The notes under the pieces were generated by a model. That model was not told the DNA's origin. It ran no database searches and saw only the letters and a list, made by a program, of their open reading frames with translations. This document shows positions 24,170 to 36,910 of a DNA stretch of 64,000 nucleotides, in pieces. Source of the stretch: Eledone cirrhosa (lineage: Eukaryota); NCBI GenBank assembly GCA_964016885.1, contig OZ024741.1:142724001-142788000 (forward strand), given 5' to 3'. The first letter of the stretch is position 1. Each line of letters begins with the position of its first letter. Position numbers and translations under genes: made by a program.

Positions 24170-25990
24170 TTCAGCCCTACTGAAGGCTACCAATGGCAAC
24201 GTCATCACCACTGAAACCACCTGCCGCGAACGCTGAAGAAGCAGTTCATCCTTCTTCTGCATCACCCACCAGTCCCAATCGATCCCTGCCTAACCACCAC
24301 CGCAGACACGGCTTCAGCCAACGACTCCTCCTGACTCGATCCTGTCACCCCCGATGAAGTCAGAACCGCCATGAAGTAGCTCAAAATCCACAGAGCTCCT
24401 GCAACCTGCACTATCACCGCGGAGATGTTGAAGGCGGGCGGAGATAACATGATCCAGTGGTTCACCTGTATCATTAAGCATGTATGGGTGTCAGAGCGGC
24501 TCCCAAATGACTAGAGCCGAGGCATTATCCTCCCCTGCAGTAACCACAGAGGCATCGCGCTTCTCTTCATCCCAGGTAAGCTCTCCACCAAGATCCTCCT
24601 CAGCTCTCCCAGCCATCAGAAACGGACGTCGCTCACCACAAGCCTAATCCATCCACCGCTGACCATATTTCTGCCCTCCGCCACATTATTGAAATATTTC
24701 GGGATTTGCGTAGAAATCGTTGCCTCTATGTCGCCTTCGTCGACTTCAAAGCGGCTTTCGACACGGTCGGCTACGCATCCCTCTGGAAAATTCTCCAGCT
24801 TGTCGGCGCAACTCCCAAGATCACAACCCTGTTCCAACGGCTCCATAGCAGTGCCAAGAGCTGCGTGCGAGTGAACGGGAAGAACGCCGACTAGTTCCCC
24901 ATCAACAGCGGGGTCAGATAGGGCTGCGTAGCTGCCCCCGACCTCTTCAACTGTGTCATCGACTATCTGATGACAAAGGTTTGTGGACGAGTTTCTGGCG
25001 CTACCTTCGGGAATTAGCACCTAATCGACCTGGAGTACGCAGAAACACCATCCTATTCAGCAATTCGATCAATCAGCTCAGAGATGCACTGACCATATAC
25101 CGTGAAGAATCAGCAAAGCTTGGCCTTGAGGTGAGCTGGGCGAAGACAAAGCTGATGCATATCAGCAATTGCCCAGATCCTCCTCCGCTTCATATTGGCT
25201 CCGACGCCGTAGAATTTGCCAGCTCCTTTATTTACCTGGGCTCGACTGTCACCAACAATGGAGATCTTACCCCGGGAGATCAACCGCAGATGTGGCCTGG
25301 CTGCCGGGGTCATGCACTTCTTATGGAAGCTCCTTTGGCGCCATTGCTCAATCTAACAAAAGACGAAGTTTCGTATTTACAATGCATCGGTCCTCTCCGT
25401 TCTCCTCTATTGAGCAGAAACGTTGCACCTCACAAAGACCCTAGCAAAGATGATCGACGGCTTCGATAGCAGAGCCGTGAGGACCATCGAGAATATCAGA
25501 TGGAACCACCACGTTTCCAGCAAAGTGTTGTGTGCGCGCATGCATCAGCCCACAGCTTCCCGCCTCATAGCTATCCACTGCAGGCGCTGGTACCAACGTG
25601 TCCAGGGCCGTCTTAACAGCATTATAGGCCCCCGAGCAAAGCAGAGCACTGGGGCCCCTACCTACACAACCACTCACAGGAATAAAAATACAAATGGGCC
25701 CCCTATCCTCGTGGGGTCCCCGGGCAACTGCCCAGCGTGCCCATGCGTTAAGACGGCCCTGAACGTGTCTCCTTCTTTTCAACCAGATCATCCTACTAGG
25801 GCCTTACTCTCGTTCGATGCAGTGGCTGCAGGCTGGAAGAGGCCCTGTACCAGATGGATGGATATCATCAGGGAAGATCTCCGGAGGCTCGACGACATCA
25901 CCTTGGAGGATGCAGAGGAGGTGGAACGGGACCGCCAGCGACGGAGGGTGCAGTTGGACCTGATCAGCTCTACGCACAACAATACTTTGA
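24170..25990 (+). mobile_element. GC/CpG-rich RTE-clade LINE just upstream of WDR12
   Basis: AFVDFKAAFDTV, GVRxGCVAAPDLFN and FIYLGS; contains stops and frameshifts; interrupted by a hAT MITE. Confidence 0.88.
25603..25761. mobile_element. hAT-type MITE, 159 bp
   Basis: Perfect 15-bp TIRs CAGGGCCGTCTTAAC and perfect 8-bp TSD AACGTGTC (25595-25602 and 25762-25769). Confidence 0.93.
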
Positions 25991-26084
25991 GATCGCTGAA
26001 TTAGGATATATCTTCTCCTTATTATATTTACATGTAGAACATGTGAACCGTACTTCTGTAATGCGATGATGGTCTTTGGCTTGG

Positions 26085-26088
<4 letters not shown>

Positions 26089-26146
<58 letters not shown>
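26089..26146 (+). repeat. (GA)n microsatellite
   Basis: Pure GA run. Confidence 0.95.
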
Positions 26147-26148
<2 letters not shown>

Positions 26149-27518
26149 CGAAGGAGTCTATGTGAGAGTGGCTACATCTTAACTGCTTGGAATCAACTCT
26201 GCAACTTCTTTCTTTGACTCTGGGAGCCAGCTATTTATCATTATCGTTCATTCTGTCTCCAGAACACAAGACAAAGCAGGTGGTTGTTTCCATGTCAAAA
26301 TCTTAGACCTATTGGTGACTAAAAACCGATTAACTATGGAAACTTATCTATGAGACCACCAAAAGTCATTTTATTTGTGGCAGCTTGAAGGTGTGAAAGA
26401 AACTCTATTGAAGAGAGTATCGAATTACTGCAACACAACTCCCTGTATTACATATGTGAGACTCTATCTACAATATAGCTTAATGTTCAGAGTGTTGAAC
26501 TCACAACCTCACGGTTGAGAGTTCGATTCCCGGACTTGTTCACTCAACTGGAAAAAATGAGAAGTTACTTCACTGGTGCCAAGCTAAGACAACATCGCTG
26601 GCGTGGAGAAGGAAACTGGTATGCACGGGCGACTGCTGATCTTCCACAAAACACCTTACCCAGCCTCGTGCCTCGGAAGGGAACTTTCTATGTGCAAATC
26701 CCATGATCATTCGTGACCACCGGAGGTCTTTACCCCTACCTACCGCATGTATCTTTAGCTTCCAGAACATTCCGTTGAGATATTTTCCCACAACCCTATT
26801 CTTGATATCTATAATATATCTAATACATATTTTTACAATTTCTCTTATTGTCTCCTTTAACATTTTGTGAATGGATTTTTCTACTGAAAAGTGAACTGTT
26901 TTTATTTCAATTCTTTAATTAATTGCTTTCCTTTTAAATATATATTTCATTTTTATTGTATGTAAGGACTCGTAACTCATAGCATGGCCCTAGGAACACC
27001 GTTAATGACATATGGCGTTTTGGGGGCACTTTAAATTTGGTGGAGTCCATCCCTCACTAGGTCTGAAAACAACCGATTTCTTCAAGAGAACGAGAGAGGG
27101 TAATAGAGAGGGAATGAGAAAGAGATACAGAGGAAGAATCGAACCCAGTACTGGACTGGTACTTTTTTTATCGACCTCAAAAGGATGAAAGGCAAAGTTG
27201 AGCTTGGTGGGATTTAAACTCAGAGAGCTGTGAGCCGGAATAAATACCACAAAGCATCCTATCCGACGTTCTAACGACTCTACCACTTCACTATCATTGA
27301 TTTTTATAACTTTATATATTAAATTGATTCTTGCCTAGTTAGAATATTAAAATGCAACTTTTTTTCTAATTCAACTTACATAATCATTACATATACGCAG
27401 TAGGGCGATGGATTGGCAGTATCGGTAGAGGGTCGGACACTATGCTTTGCAGCATAGAGTTACGACCCTTTATGATTTGAGTTCAAATCCCGCCGAGGTT
27501 AATTTTGCCTTTCATTCT

Positions 27519-27546
<28 letters not shown>

Positions 27547-27549
<3 letters not shown>

Positions 27550-28273
27550 AGCAGTAATTTGATGCTCTTTTCAACGGAGTTGCTTTTACACTATCAAATC
27601 GGCCACCAAGAAGCTGACCTCAGGGCCCTCCCAGATAAGTTCACGTTGTGACAGGTTTTCGAGTCGTCTATATGTCTGAGATTTTGACATCAAATATTCA
27701 TAAATAGCCGGCTCTCAGAACAGTCAGGTCAGTTGGAGCGTTTAATTCTTGCAACTAACATATAGTCCACTGCTTTACACAGACACTCTGGGTCTCTCTT
27801 ACTCTTTCTCCTCCTCTCGGCCAAGCCAGCGAAATTCATCACATCAACAAAAGTTTGGTAAATACATTTTTAATAATACCTTTGAAAACAAATACGCATC
27901 CTGACACATAACATCACACAATCCATTTATGGTTATTTGTTCTTCGTGTATTGTCTTATAACTTCGGCGAAAGTTATATTTGATAAATTAGTAATATAGC
28001 GGCTTTGTGTTATCGTGGTTTTTATATATTCTATTTCCTACGTGAACAAAGTAAATTACTTACTCAAGGAAACCCCATATCGTCATAATGAACACTGTTA
28101 CTCACTTACTTGCACACACGCAATCTCTGGTCACACTGTATCAGGCACATTAAGCTTCTCTCGCCTACACTCTACACAACAGTGACCAGACCATTGAGCA
28201 ACCCACAAGCGAGTACACACAATAGAATCAACACCACAACACAACCATGTATCCTAGCATTCGACCCGCTATA
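27547..28273 (+). mobile_element. Probable solo LTR
   Basis: Begins TGTAGC and ends CGCTATA; shares blocks (AATATAGCG..TCGTGGTT and GAATCAACACCACAACACAA) with the LTR at 61.1-61.8 kb. Confidence 0.55.
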
Positions 28274-28389
28274 TATATATATACACACATCATGTATATA
28301 ACATTCAGTATGATCTGAATATCTTACAATAGGTCATACATACACAGTGAAAGCCAACTCGTGTCTAAGTACCGCCATTTCTTTCTTTT

Positions 28390-29945
28390 TTTTTGTCAAC
28401 TTATTCGTGGGAGGGTCGTGGAGGCAAAATCCTGAAGCAGGCCATCTAGCGGGTTCTGTCAGAAGCAACCGTCTCAGTTGATCCGGCTGGATCCCCAAGC
28501 GGGACCAGCCGAGCTCCTGGATATTATCCAACCATCATATTCAGGGTTTACTTCTGGGCCTCCTGCTGGTTGGTTTTGCCTATAAAATCTGTCCAGCGAT
28601 TCTTTCCTGAGAAATTCTAACCACATATCCGTAGTATCGGAACTGTGATTTCTCGATTCGGAGAAGTAGTGGCTCTACCAGCAGCGACTCCCTTGACCTC
28701 CAGCATTACTCGGTCGTTACCCAAGATTCATGAGCATAGTTAAGGGTTGTCACAAATACTGAACAGAAAATAGCGAGTTTGGCTTTTACATCTACCCGCT
28801 TTCTTCTGATAACCGGACGCTGAAGCTGGCGCTCCACTTCTTAGGGAAAAGAAACAACAAGACCATTAGCATAAATGTGTTATTGACGTTACTGTCGCTT
28901 GTGTCGCCTTAGATGGCGCATCCAACCAGGAAGTGATTTACATGTCATACCACACAGTTTGCAGGTGAGTTTCCTACCTACTTAAGTTTTATTGGTGTGG
29001 CATGCTTGGCGGTGTCTTGTCAGCTCACCTGCAGAGGAACATTTCAATACAGATGCCACATGAAAGGTGCATGGAATACTCAAAGGTGTTATTTCCATGA
29101 GTATTATGTCTACTATGGCTTAATATCATAGCCTTTGACATGTCTACACGTCCGCATCTCTCACAGATAAGAGTCTCTTTCGAACCTCGTTCTGGGAACG
29201 GACTCTCCCCTCCCCTCATATATTTAGCTGCCCGGTTCACTTCAGCATAGGCCCTCCGCTTCTATTCAAATTCCCTAACACGGTAGACTGTCTGTTGCAA
29301 GATTTTCAAACGTTTCAGTGTTGATATTGATCTTCTTCAAGGTATCCTCCAGGCAGTCTTTAAAACGCTTGTGTGACTCGCCTTGCAACAGCTCTTCATA
29401 CGATACTTGTGATCTGACCACCGGAGACGCTATTTTATGATCATGGTCTCAATGCGTATCAGACAGATCCGCTGCAGCATATTAGTATCTTGTATATGGG
29501 TGGAGCGCAAGCATTGTTGGTGGAAATGTTCGAAGCACTGGATATGCCCACAGCATGTTGTTCATGTCTCACACCCATACAGCAAGGCTGTAAGCACGCA
29601 TGTTTGAGACACTTCAACTTTCGTGTGAACACTGATATCTAACTGTGACCATAGGCGCTTCTCCAGCTTATCAAAAGTATCGGAAGCTTCAGACAGCCGG
29701 TAGCGACCTTTTCATCATGGGCACTGATTCTGAAGAGAGTACTACACAGGTAGACGAACGTATCCAAAACCTTTAATATTTTCCCTTTGACAGATATGGC
29801 TTATGGAATATATGGCTTTCCGGGTGCATGTTGGTTCATCATCAGTCTTTTTCGGGATGATTGCCAACCCAACTCCTCACACGTTGCCGAGAATCAGTCC
29901 ATCAGAAATTGGTCTCTCTTCATTTAGTTAACAAGATCACAGTCG
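28390..29945 (-). mobile_element. Two RTE-type LINE fragments
   Basis: 28390-28830 belongs to the same family as 33.4-33.65 kb and 39.7-40.3 kb; 28990-29945 has LLYGCET-like RT C-terminus and a CxxC end. Confidence 0.78.
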
Positions 29946-31510
29946 TCTACATAAATATCACGTATCTATGCAATATGCACTTTTGATGCAGCAAGGAATC
30001 GTCGGATGTTAAAGAGCCTTCCTGTTGTTCGATAACGCATATGTCATATTTGGTGTTCGTGAATGATTTTAACAAAACAACTGCAAAGTTGTGTGTGTGT
30101 GTGTATGTGCGTATAGAAATATGTACAACGTTATTTTGTGTCGTGAAACTGTAGATCAAAAACAGGATTAAATTGCATCAGAAGTTATTTTAGTCGAATA
30201 TTTTAATATAGATGATGGATCCATACGTTCCAACCAGCTTCCCTACAACTGGATCTTTGTCGGTGTCCAATGACAATTCAGTATCTAAGCCAGTAATTCT
30301 TACCCTTTCCTCTTCTATATCACGATACTTCGACACCTCAAAGAAATTGATGCTCCTCTTAATACATAAATAAAACATACTCCGTATTAGCTGCTGTTAA
30401 CTCTTTTCTACCCCTAAGGGTTTTCTAAAGCTATTATTAATTATAGTAATCGACTATTGTTACAGGAATGTTCTACCTTTGGATTTAAAAATAAAAAATA
30501 AGAAAAATATGTTTGGTGTTTTTAAATTTCTTCCGCCCCCAAATATTGAAATTGCCCAACCAAATACCTACGACCTGTTAAAAAGAATATTAAAAATCAA
30601 GGGCAGATAACTTAGAGAAGAAGAGAGATGACGCAGTAATGGACGAAAGAGAAAGAGCGAGATAAAAAGAGGTGAAGTGTAAATGACGAGAGAGAGAGAG
30701 AGAAGAGGTTTGACGCAAATAGGAGAAAGAGGAAAATCAACACGAAGTAAAGAAAAAAAAAATCAAAGATAGAACACGTAACATATGGAGAAGAAATTAA
30801 GGAGAAAGAAAGTCACTGCCTACTAGGTAGGTAGAGAGAGAGAGAATAATGGTTTCCTTATTAACCACACAGGGCTGACATTAAGCAAACAATAAAGACG
30901 GTGCAGGACGATACAGTGTGGTCATTTTTACTTCCACATACCATATGACGATGTCAGGCCCCAGGGATGTTTGTACAAAAAATGTACAGCGAGACTAATA
31001 GAAACATATTTGATTGATAGAAATCAACAGTATTTAATACTGTTCTGTAGTGAAATACGTGTCATTAAATCGTTTCTATCTTTCAGAGATCTGTTGACAG
31101 AAATAGAAGGAAACGTTGTGTGATCGCGAAGCGAAAAAACAAAAAATCCGTTAAAAAATAAACCCTCTCACCGAGAAGTGAGAGATAAACACACACACAC
31201 ACACATATATATATAGAAAGAGAGAAAGGGGGAGAGGAAAGAGAGAGGCTACAGCAAAACAGATATAGCGAGAGAGAGTGATAGATTTGCGGAGAGGAAG
31301 ACAGACAGGCATAGATTAGCTGGAAAGAGAAATAAAGATGATAGAGTAGCAAAAGAGAGGGAAGAGAGAGGTAAATAAAGAAGAGTGTAGATCAGTTGGA
31401 GAGAAAAAGAAATTGGTTTTGAGTACAGGGAAGAGAGAATGGCATAGAAGTAGTAGAGCGAGAGAGAGTTAAAGTATAAGAGAAGATGGGGAATCTCAAA
31501 ACCTGCTCTT

Positions 31511-31686
31511 TATAAAGAAAGTCGTCACCTCTTGTCATTGCAGTTTGGTTGTAGCTTTCGTCATTGGTCCGAGGCGACGAAAACGGACGACGAGAAAAGA
31601 AGTGTTTGGTAGATAGAGAGAAGTGTGTACGGAGATTTGAAAGGAAAGTGTAAAAAGAGACAGAATATACGGAAAGACTTGTAAGT
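31511..31686 (+). promoter_or_regulatory. Putative TATA/Inr promoter and non-coding first exon (~31542-31680) of the b561 gene
   Basis: TATAAAG at 31511 lies 31 bp before an Inr-like GCAGTT; a 139-nt ATG-free CpG-rich segment ends in a GTAAGT donor at 31681. The b561 ATG follows an acceptor, so an upstream exon is required. Confidence 0.55.
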
Positions 31687-31776
31687 ATTTCTTTTATATC
31701 ATTTCTTCCGTGTGTATTAAAAAAAAAAAAAATATATAAATAAACAATACCCATACTATATATATTTATGTATTAA

Positions 31777-31820
<44 letters not shown>

Positions 31821-31901
31821 CATATTAAATACCACTTCTACTTATATATATATATTTGTTTTGCGAGGTTTATGATATGAAATCGTGTGTCGAAACAAAT
31901 A

Positions 31902-32272
31902 TTGTTATACTGAGCGAGGGTCATATTGTTGTAATAACAGAACACACTCACTGTTTGGTTGGTTTTCGCTTCTGTATCTTTTATATCTCCACAGTTAATT
32001 CATTCGGGCCTCAATGTTTACCATTGACTGACCAACGGTCAAAAATACAGATATAATATAGATATAAACACTTTGTTAGACTATATATATATGTTTATAT
32101 CTATATTATATCTGTATTTTTGACCGTTAGTCAGTCAATGGTAAACATTGAGGCCCGAATGAATTAACTGTGGAGATATAAAAGATACAAAAGCGAAAAC
32201 CAACCAAACAGTGAGTGTGTTCTGTTATTATTTCTGGCAAAATTATTACAACAATATGACCCTCCCCAAGTA

Positions 32273-32276
<4 letters not shown>
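31902..32276. repeat. Long inverted repeat (~170-bp arms, ~21-bp spacer); third copy of the arm at 34534-34720
   Basis: Arms are directly reverse-complementary; flanked by (TA)n. Confidence 0.92.
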
Positions 32277-32320
<44 letters not shown>

Positions 32321-32324
32321 TCTC

Positions 32325-32485
32325 TCACACTGTAAACGTGGTTGGTGTTAGGAAGGGCATCCAGCCGTAGAAAACCCGCCAGGCAGTCCTATACGAGCAA
32401 GACAACCAATCTTGCCTCACGTGGGACAATTCCCGTCTAAACCCAAGCTAGCGTGGAAGATAGACGTTAAACGATGATGATGATA
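32325..32485 (+). mobile_element. Short repeat sharing the RTE LINE 3' tail (other copies e.g. 19530-19965, 52215-52730 and 62445-62620)
   Basis: GGTTGGTGTTAGGAAGGGCATCCAGCCGTAGAAAAC...GACGTTAAACGATGATGATGA. Confidence 0.75.
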
Positions 32486-32923
32486 TATGCATATCCACAC
32501 ACACATATTTATTGTATTATATTATATATATATATATATAATAAATATGTGCGTGGAAAGAGAGTATAGATATAGGTGTATGTGTTGTGTGTGATCAATG
32601 AACAGCACCTCCATAAAAGTTTGTTCGAAGCTTCGCATATGTATTCAATTACTTTCACATAACTCCCCGAACCATATGTGTATACTTTCCATATACACAT
32701 ATACTCCCACCCAGCGCACACTCGCGTGTGTGTGTGTTAATGTATGGTCTGTGAACTAATACCTGTGTACAGAAAAAGAGAAAAAAATTAACATGGAGAG
32801 AGATACTAGGGGGAAATGGTAAAGACGAACGGAGGTGTTAGGTAGAGACTCCAATCGATTGTATTTGAGTGGGTGCGAATTCAAATATGTATAAGTCTAT
32901 GTTTGTTTATAAGTCTGTGTTTG

Positions 32924-32960
<37 letters not shown>

Positions 32961-33285
32961 ACCTGATGGAAACTCGATGAGAAATCTCTCAAATGCCGTT
33001 TCATACATACGTACATACACATATGTATACATACTCATATATATAATCATACATACATATACAGACACACACACACACCAACTAGTCGTATACAGTTTAG
33101 CATTAAGGACAGATCAAATGATTGCATACTTTGTTCCTATGTAATGTATACAGACAAGACAAGCTAGTTGATATGGTAGGTAGAATTCTTATATTAGTCC
33201 CTGGTTAACACTGATCCAGCTGCTCTATGATCAGGCGTTCCAGTCGCGACCATCATATAATATATCTATAATATATAACATTTCT

Positions 33286-33345
<60 letters not shown>

Positions 33346-33349
33346 GCAT

Positions 33350-33655
33350 ACATATGTTACTTAAGTGTGTAACCCCGGTTATAGTCGGTTCGCCGACCAA
33401 GCATTCGAGGCTGTTACATGGTCTCTCGTTTTGGGTTGTATTTCAGGCGGCTGTAGCGTGCAGTGTGTGTGTTTTACAAATCCGAGAGATCTTTAGAGTA
33501 ACATTACTCGATAGGGTGTATAGCCCAGAGATCAGTATGTCGCTTCAGGCAGAGCCGCTACTACTCCGAATCAAGATATCACAATTCGGGTACTACGGAC
33601 ATGTGCTTAGAATGTCAAAGGAAAGAATCGTTGGACAGATTTTACGGGCAAAGTG
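33350..33655 (+). mobile_element. RTE-type LINE fragment
   Basis: EPLLLRIKISQFGYYGHVLRM. Confidence 0.75.
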
Positions 33656-34488
33656 AGTGAGAGATGTCTCGGGGTGGGTGAGAGATGTCTTCTCTTGTGA
33701 AAATGGGTATAGCTTTCATTATGTAAAATCTCCCCGTTTTGGGACACTTTTTATCATGGTACCCCCCAGTTGGGTTTTTAGGGGTTGGCAGGTTTATGTT
33801 ATTCTACACACACAGAGCCTTCGATGCAGTAAATCTTTCCATCTTTCTGTCCTCCACATCGCACAGTATGTTGTACGGAGAACAGGCAGATGCCAAACTT
33901 GCGGGGGTGGATATCAATTGTTTTGTTTAATATTGATTACGTACGTTTTAGTTTCCTTTTACCTGTTTCTTCTTTCTTTATTGAATTATATATATATATA
34001 AGAATAATTTAGATTACATGTTGGACCGTAGTCCATATTCTTTTGTTTTCCTATTTCTTTCTCCTTTACCGTATTCTCCCTTATTTGTCAGTTGATGCAC
34101 TTGGGATACTTTTTTTTTGTCTTTATTAGTGTATAACTTTATAAAGGCATAACTTGTCCTGTCTTTGTTTCTACCTGTTTTCTTACGTTGCAATGTGCCC
34201 TGAGATGAATACTATCGATCTTAATAGACCAAAACTACGAAACTAGTCATTTTCAGAGGTTGGCTGAGATGTGACTGTCCGTTTTTCCAATGTTTTTCCC
34301 ATTGTCTTTTTCCTGTGTCTGTGATATGCGCCTGTAGCATATCACATAATCGTATTTTCAACTGAAGATATCGTTCCCATACCAACAACAAATGCATACA
34401 TTACATCTTGGATTGCATAACGGAACCATTGAAATAATTATAATGATTAAACGATTTATGTAATAGCAGCATCTTTTTAAATGTTACT

Positions 34489-34537
<49 letters not shown>

Positions 34538-35096
34538 ATACTTGGGGAGGGTCATATTTGTGTAATATTGCCAGAATTAATAACAGAACACACTCACTGT
34601 TTGGTTGGTTTTCGCTTCTCGCTGTCTTTTATATCGGTAATCTAACTTACTCGGTCCTCAATGTTGCCATTGACTGACCGACGGTCAAAAATAATACAGA
34701 TACAATATAGACACAAACACATATATATAGTTTATCATAAATCTTTCGTTGCACATCTGCAACATCATCAGTGGTGTTATATTTTCCTCCTGTTGTGTTG
34801 TATGTCTACGCCATTTTTTTTATTCAGTCTGTCTATATATTTATTTATTTATTTGCTTGTTTGTTTATTTTATTTTGTGTTCTTTGCGCATGCGTTTGCG
34901 TGTGTGTATAGTGTTATGTTTGCTGTGTGATGGGTGACTAGTGTGTGTTTATGTGCTGGTTGTTATTGTGCTTGTGTATGTATTTATTTATCTTATTTTA
35001 TTTACTTATTTATACTTCTCTTAGGTCAGTGTTGTTTGTTTGGGTGTTGTTGTTATTCCATTCATGAATGGAATAACAAATGAACACTCCCTGAAA

Positions 35097-35337
35097 CATA
35101 AGTATTACATGTGTAAAGTTTGAAAACGCACACACACACACACGTATGTATGTTTCTGTAGCACTCCTCAATTCCCCCCTCTCTCCCTCCCGCTATCCCC
35201 CTCTTGCAGTCTCTTTCTTTCACTCTCACTCTCTCTCTCTACGCGTGCGCAAAAAACATTCGCACGCGCGCACGTGTTTCCACTGTTGGACAGACAGACA
35301 AACAGAGAAATTGCTGGTTATATATTACAAGGAGATT
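35097..35337 (-). mobile_element. Helitron 5' fragment
   Basis: 30-bp identity with the 37.99-38.02 kb part of the complete Helitron; ATC...TCTGTCTG type start. Confidence 0.55.
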
Positions 35338-35343
35338 ATTAGA

Positions 35344-35664
35344 TAGATATACTGCTATATATATTTCGGTGACAGCCATCATTGGCTGTGACTTCTTCAG
35401 ACAGTCCGAGTTGGTGTGGGAAAGACATGTTGTTGAAGTGTGTTTTACTCCGTCAATACATCGATATGTCCAGCTCCTGGTTGTGTTGTTATTTCTCTGA
35501 GGAACTAGAAACAACACAACCAGGAGCTGGACATATCGATGTATTGACGGAGTAAAACACACTTCAACAACATGTGTACCTGTCTTTCCCACACCAATTC
35601 GGACTGTTTGAAGAGGTCACAGCCAATGATGGCTGTCACCGAAATATATATAGCAGTATATCTA
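35344..35664. repeat. Long inverted repeat (~147-bp arms, ~20-bp spacer)
   Basis: Near-perfect reverse complementarity; the ORF track shows the same peptide on both strands. Confidence 0.93.
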
Positions 35665-35671
35665 TAATTTA

Positions 35672-36910
35672 CTAGCAGTGGTACCCGGCGTTGCACGGGA
35701 TACGGTCTTTTGGAACGCGGGCCGCCAACAGACCTAATCGTGGAAAAACTGCATGCCAGGACAATATGTAAAGAAAATAAACCGAATACTCTCATGGCTG
35801 TATAATTTTAAAGATTTTCCTCGATGAAACAGGAAAAATGCAGGTTTTCACCTAATGCGGGGCCCTAGGGATCAAGAAAATAAATTTTTTTTTTATGTGC
35901 ATAATATGCCTTGAAATTTCGGGAAAATCGCCATACGCACATAGACACATACAGCCAGACAGTCTTACACTCACACATGACAACCGTATATTCACTGTAC
36001 TCAAACATACATACATCGACACACGCAAACACATTCAGCTATACCCTCACACAGCATATACAGTCATCCAGTCACTCACATGACAGCCGTATAGTCACTC
36101 TACTCAAATACAACACACATCAGACACACACGTATACACATAAACTAAACACACACACAACACGGGCATTATATATTCAGTTTTCATTAAAACACACATT
36201 CAATACAACATATGGTATAACTCCATCTCCCACCGCTGCTCTCACATTGTCTCTCCTTCTCTCACTGTTTACATTTAAGGAAACCATATGTTACAATTTT
36301 AAAAATCTAATTGTTTGTTTAATTTTGTTTTTATTGTTGATTGTTTTACTTCTGTTTACAATCGGCTGTTGTTTGCTGGTTCATTACAATAAACCAGTAT
36401 CGGACTATATTAGGGTAAAATTTTTACTATTACACCCGTTTTCCTTTGGCGGTGAAATTTGTTTGTCCTATGGTTTTACTGTCTTGAACGAACCTTGACT
36501 TCAAAAACGGTCGTAAATTACACTTTTTTTTTTAAGGTTTCCCTACCGAGAACTGCTTTTCCACCAGAATGCTCCCTACCCCCAACTGACTGTGGAGGTG
36601 GTGGGTGGAGTGGGTGTTAACTAAAAATCTAATGATTTCCGACGGCTTTGAAGGTCAGATTCGTTCAAAACTCACCAAAAAGCATAGAAAAAACATAAAT
36701 TTCACTTTCAAAGGGAGATGGGTACAATTGTAAACATTTGCCTAGATTTGTAGGGGAGGGGCTAAAGTATATACGATAAAAGAACCCTTTTTTTAATGTG
36801 ACATGAATGTTAAAGGCAGTAAAGTTCTATTGTATAAAGCACTTAGCACGGGGCCTCTGAAAACGTAGAGCCTATAGAAAATGGCAGTCTTGCTACTAGG
36901 TTAACCTGGC
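35672..36910 (-). mobile_element. Helitron-like element (3' end clear, 5' end approximate)
   Basis: Minus strand ends CCCG-TGCAACGC-CGGG-TACCACTG-CTAG|T. Confidence 0.65.

Noticed and set aside
27405-27520. tRNA gene
   Set aside because: A and B boxes are present but widely spaced, there is no cloverleaf, and it continues into the SINE core found in many copies.
35204-35795. Identical peptides on both strands suggesting duplicated genes
   Set aside because: Fully explained by the inverted repeat at 35344-35664.
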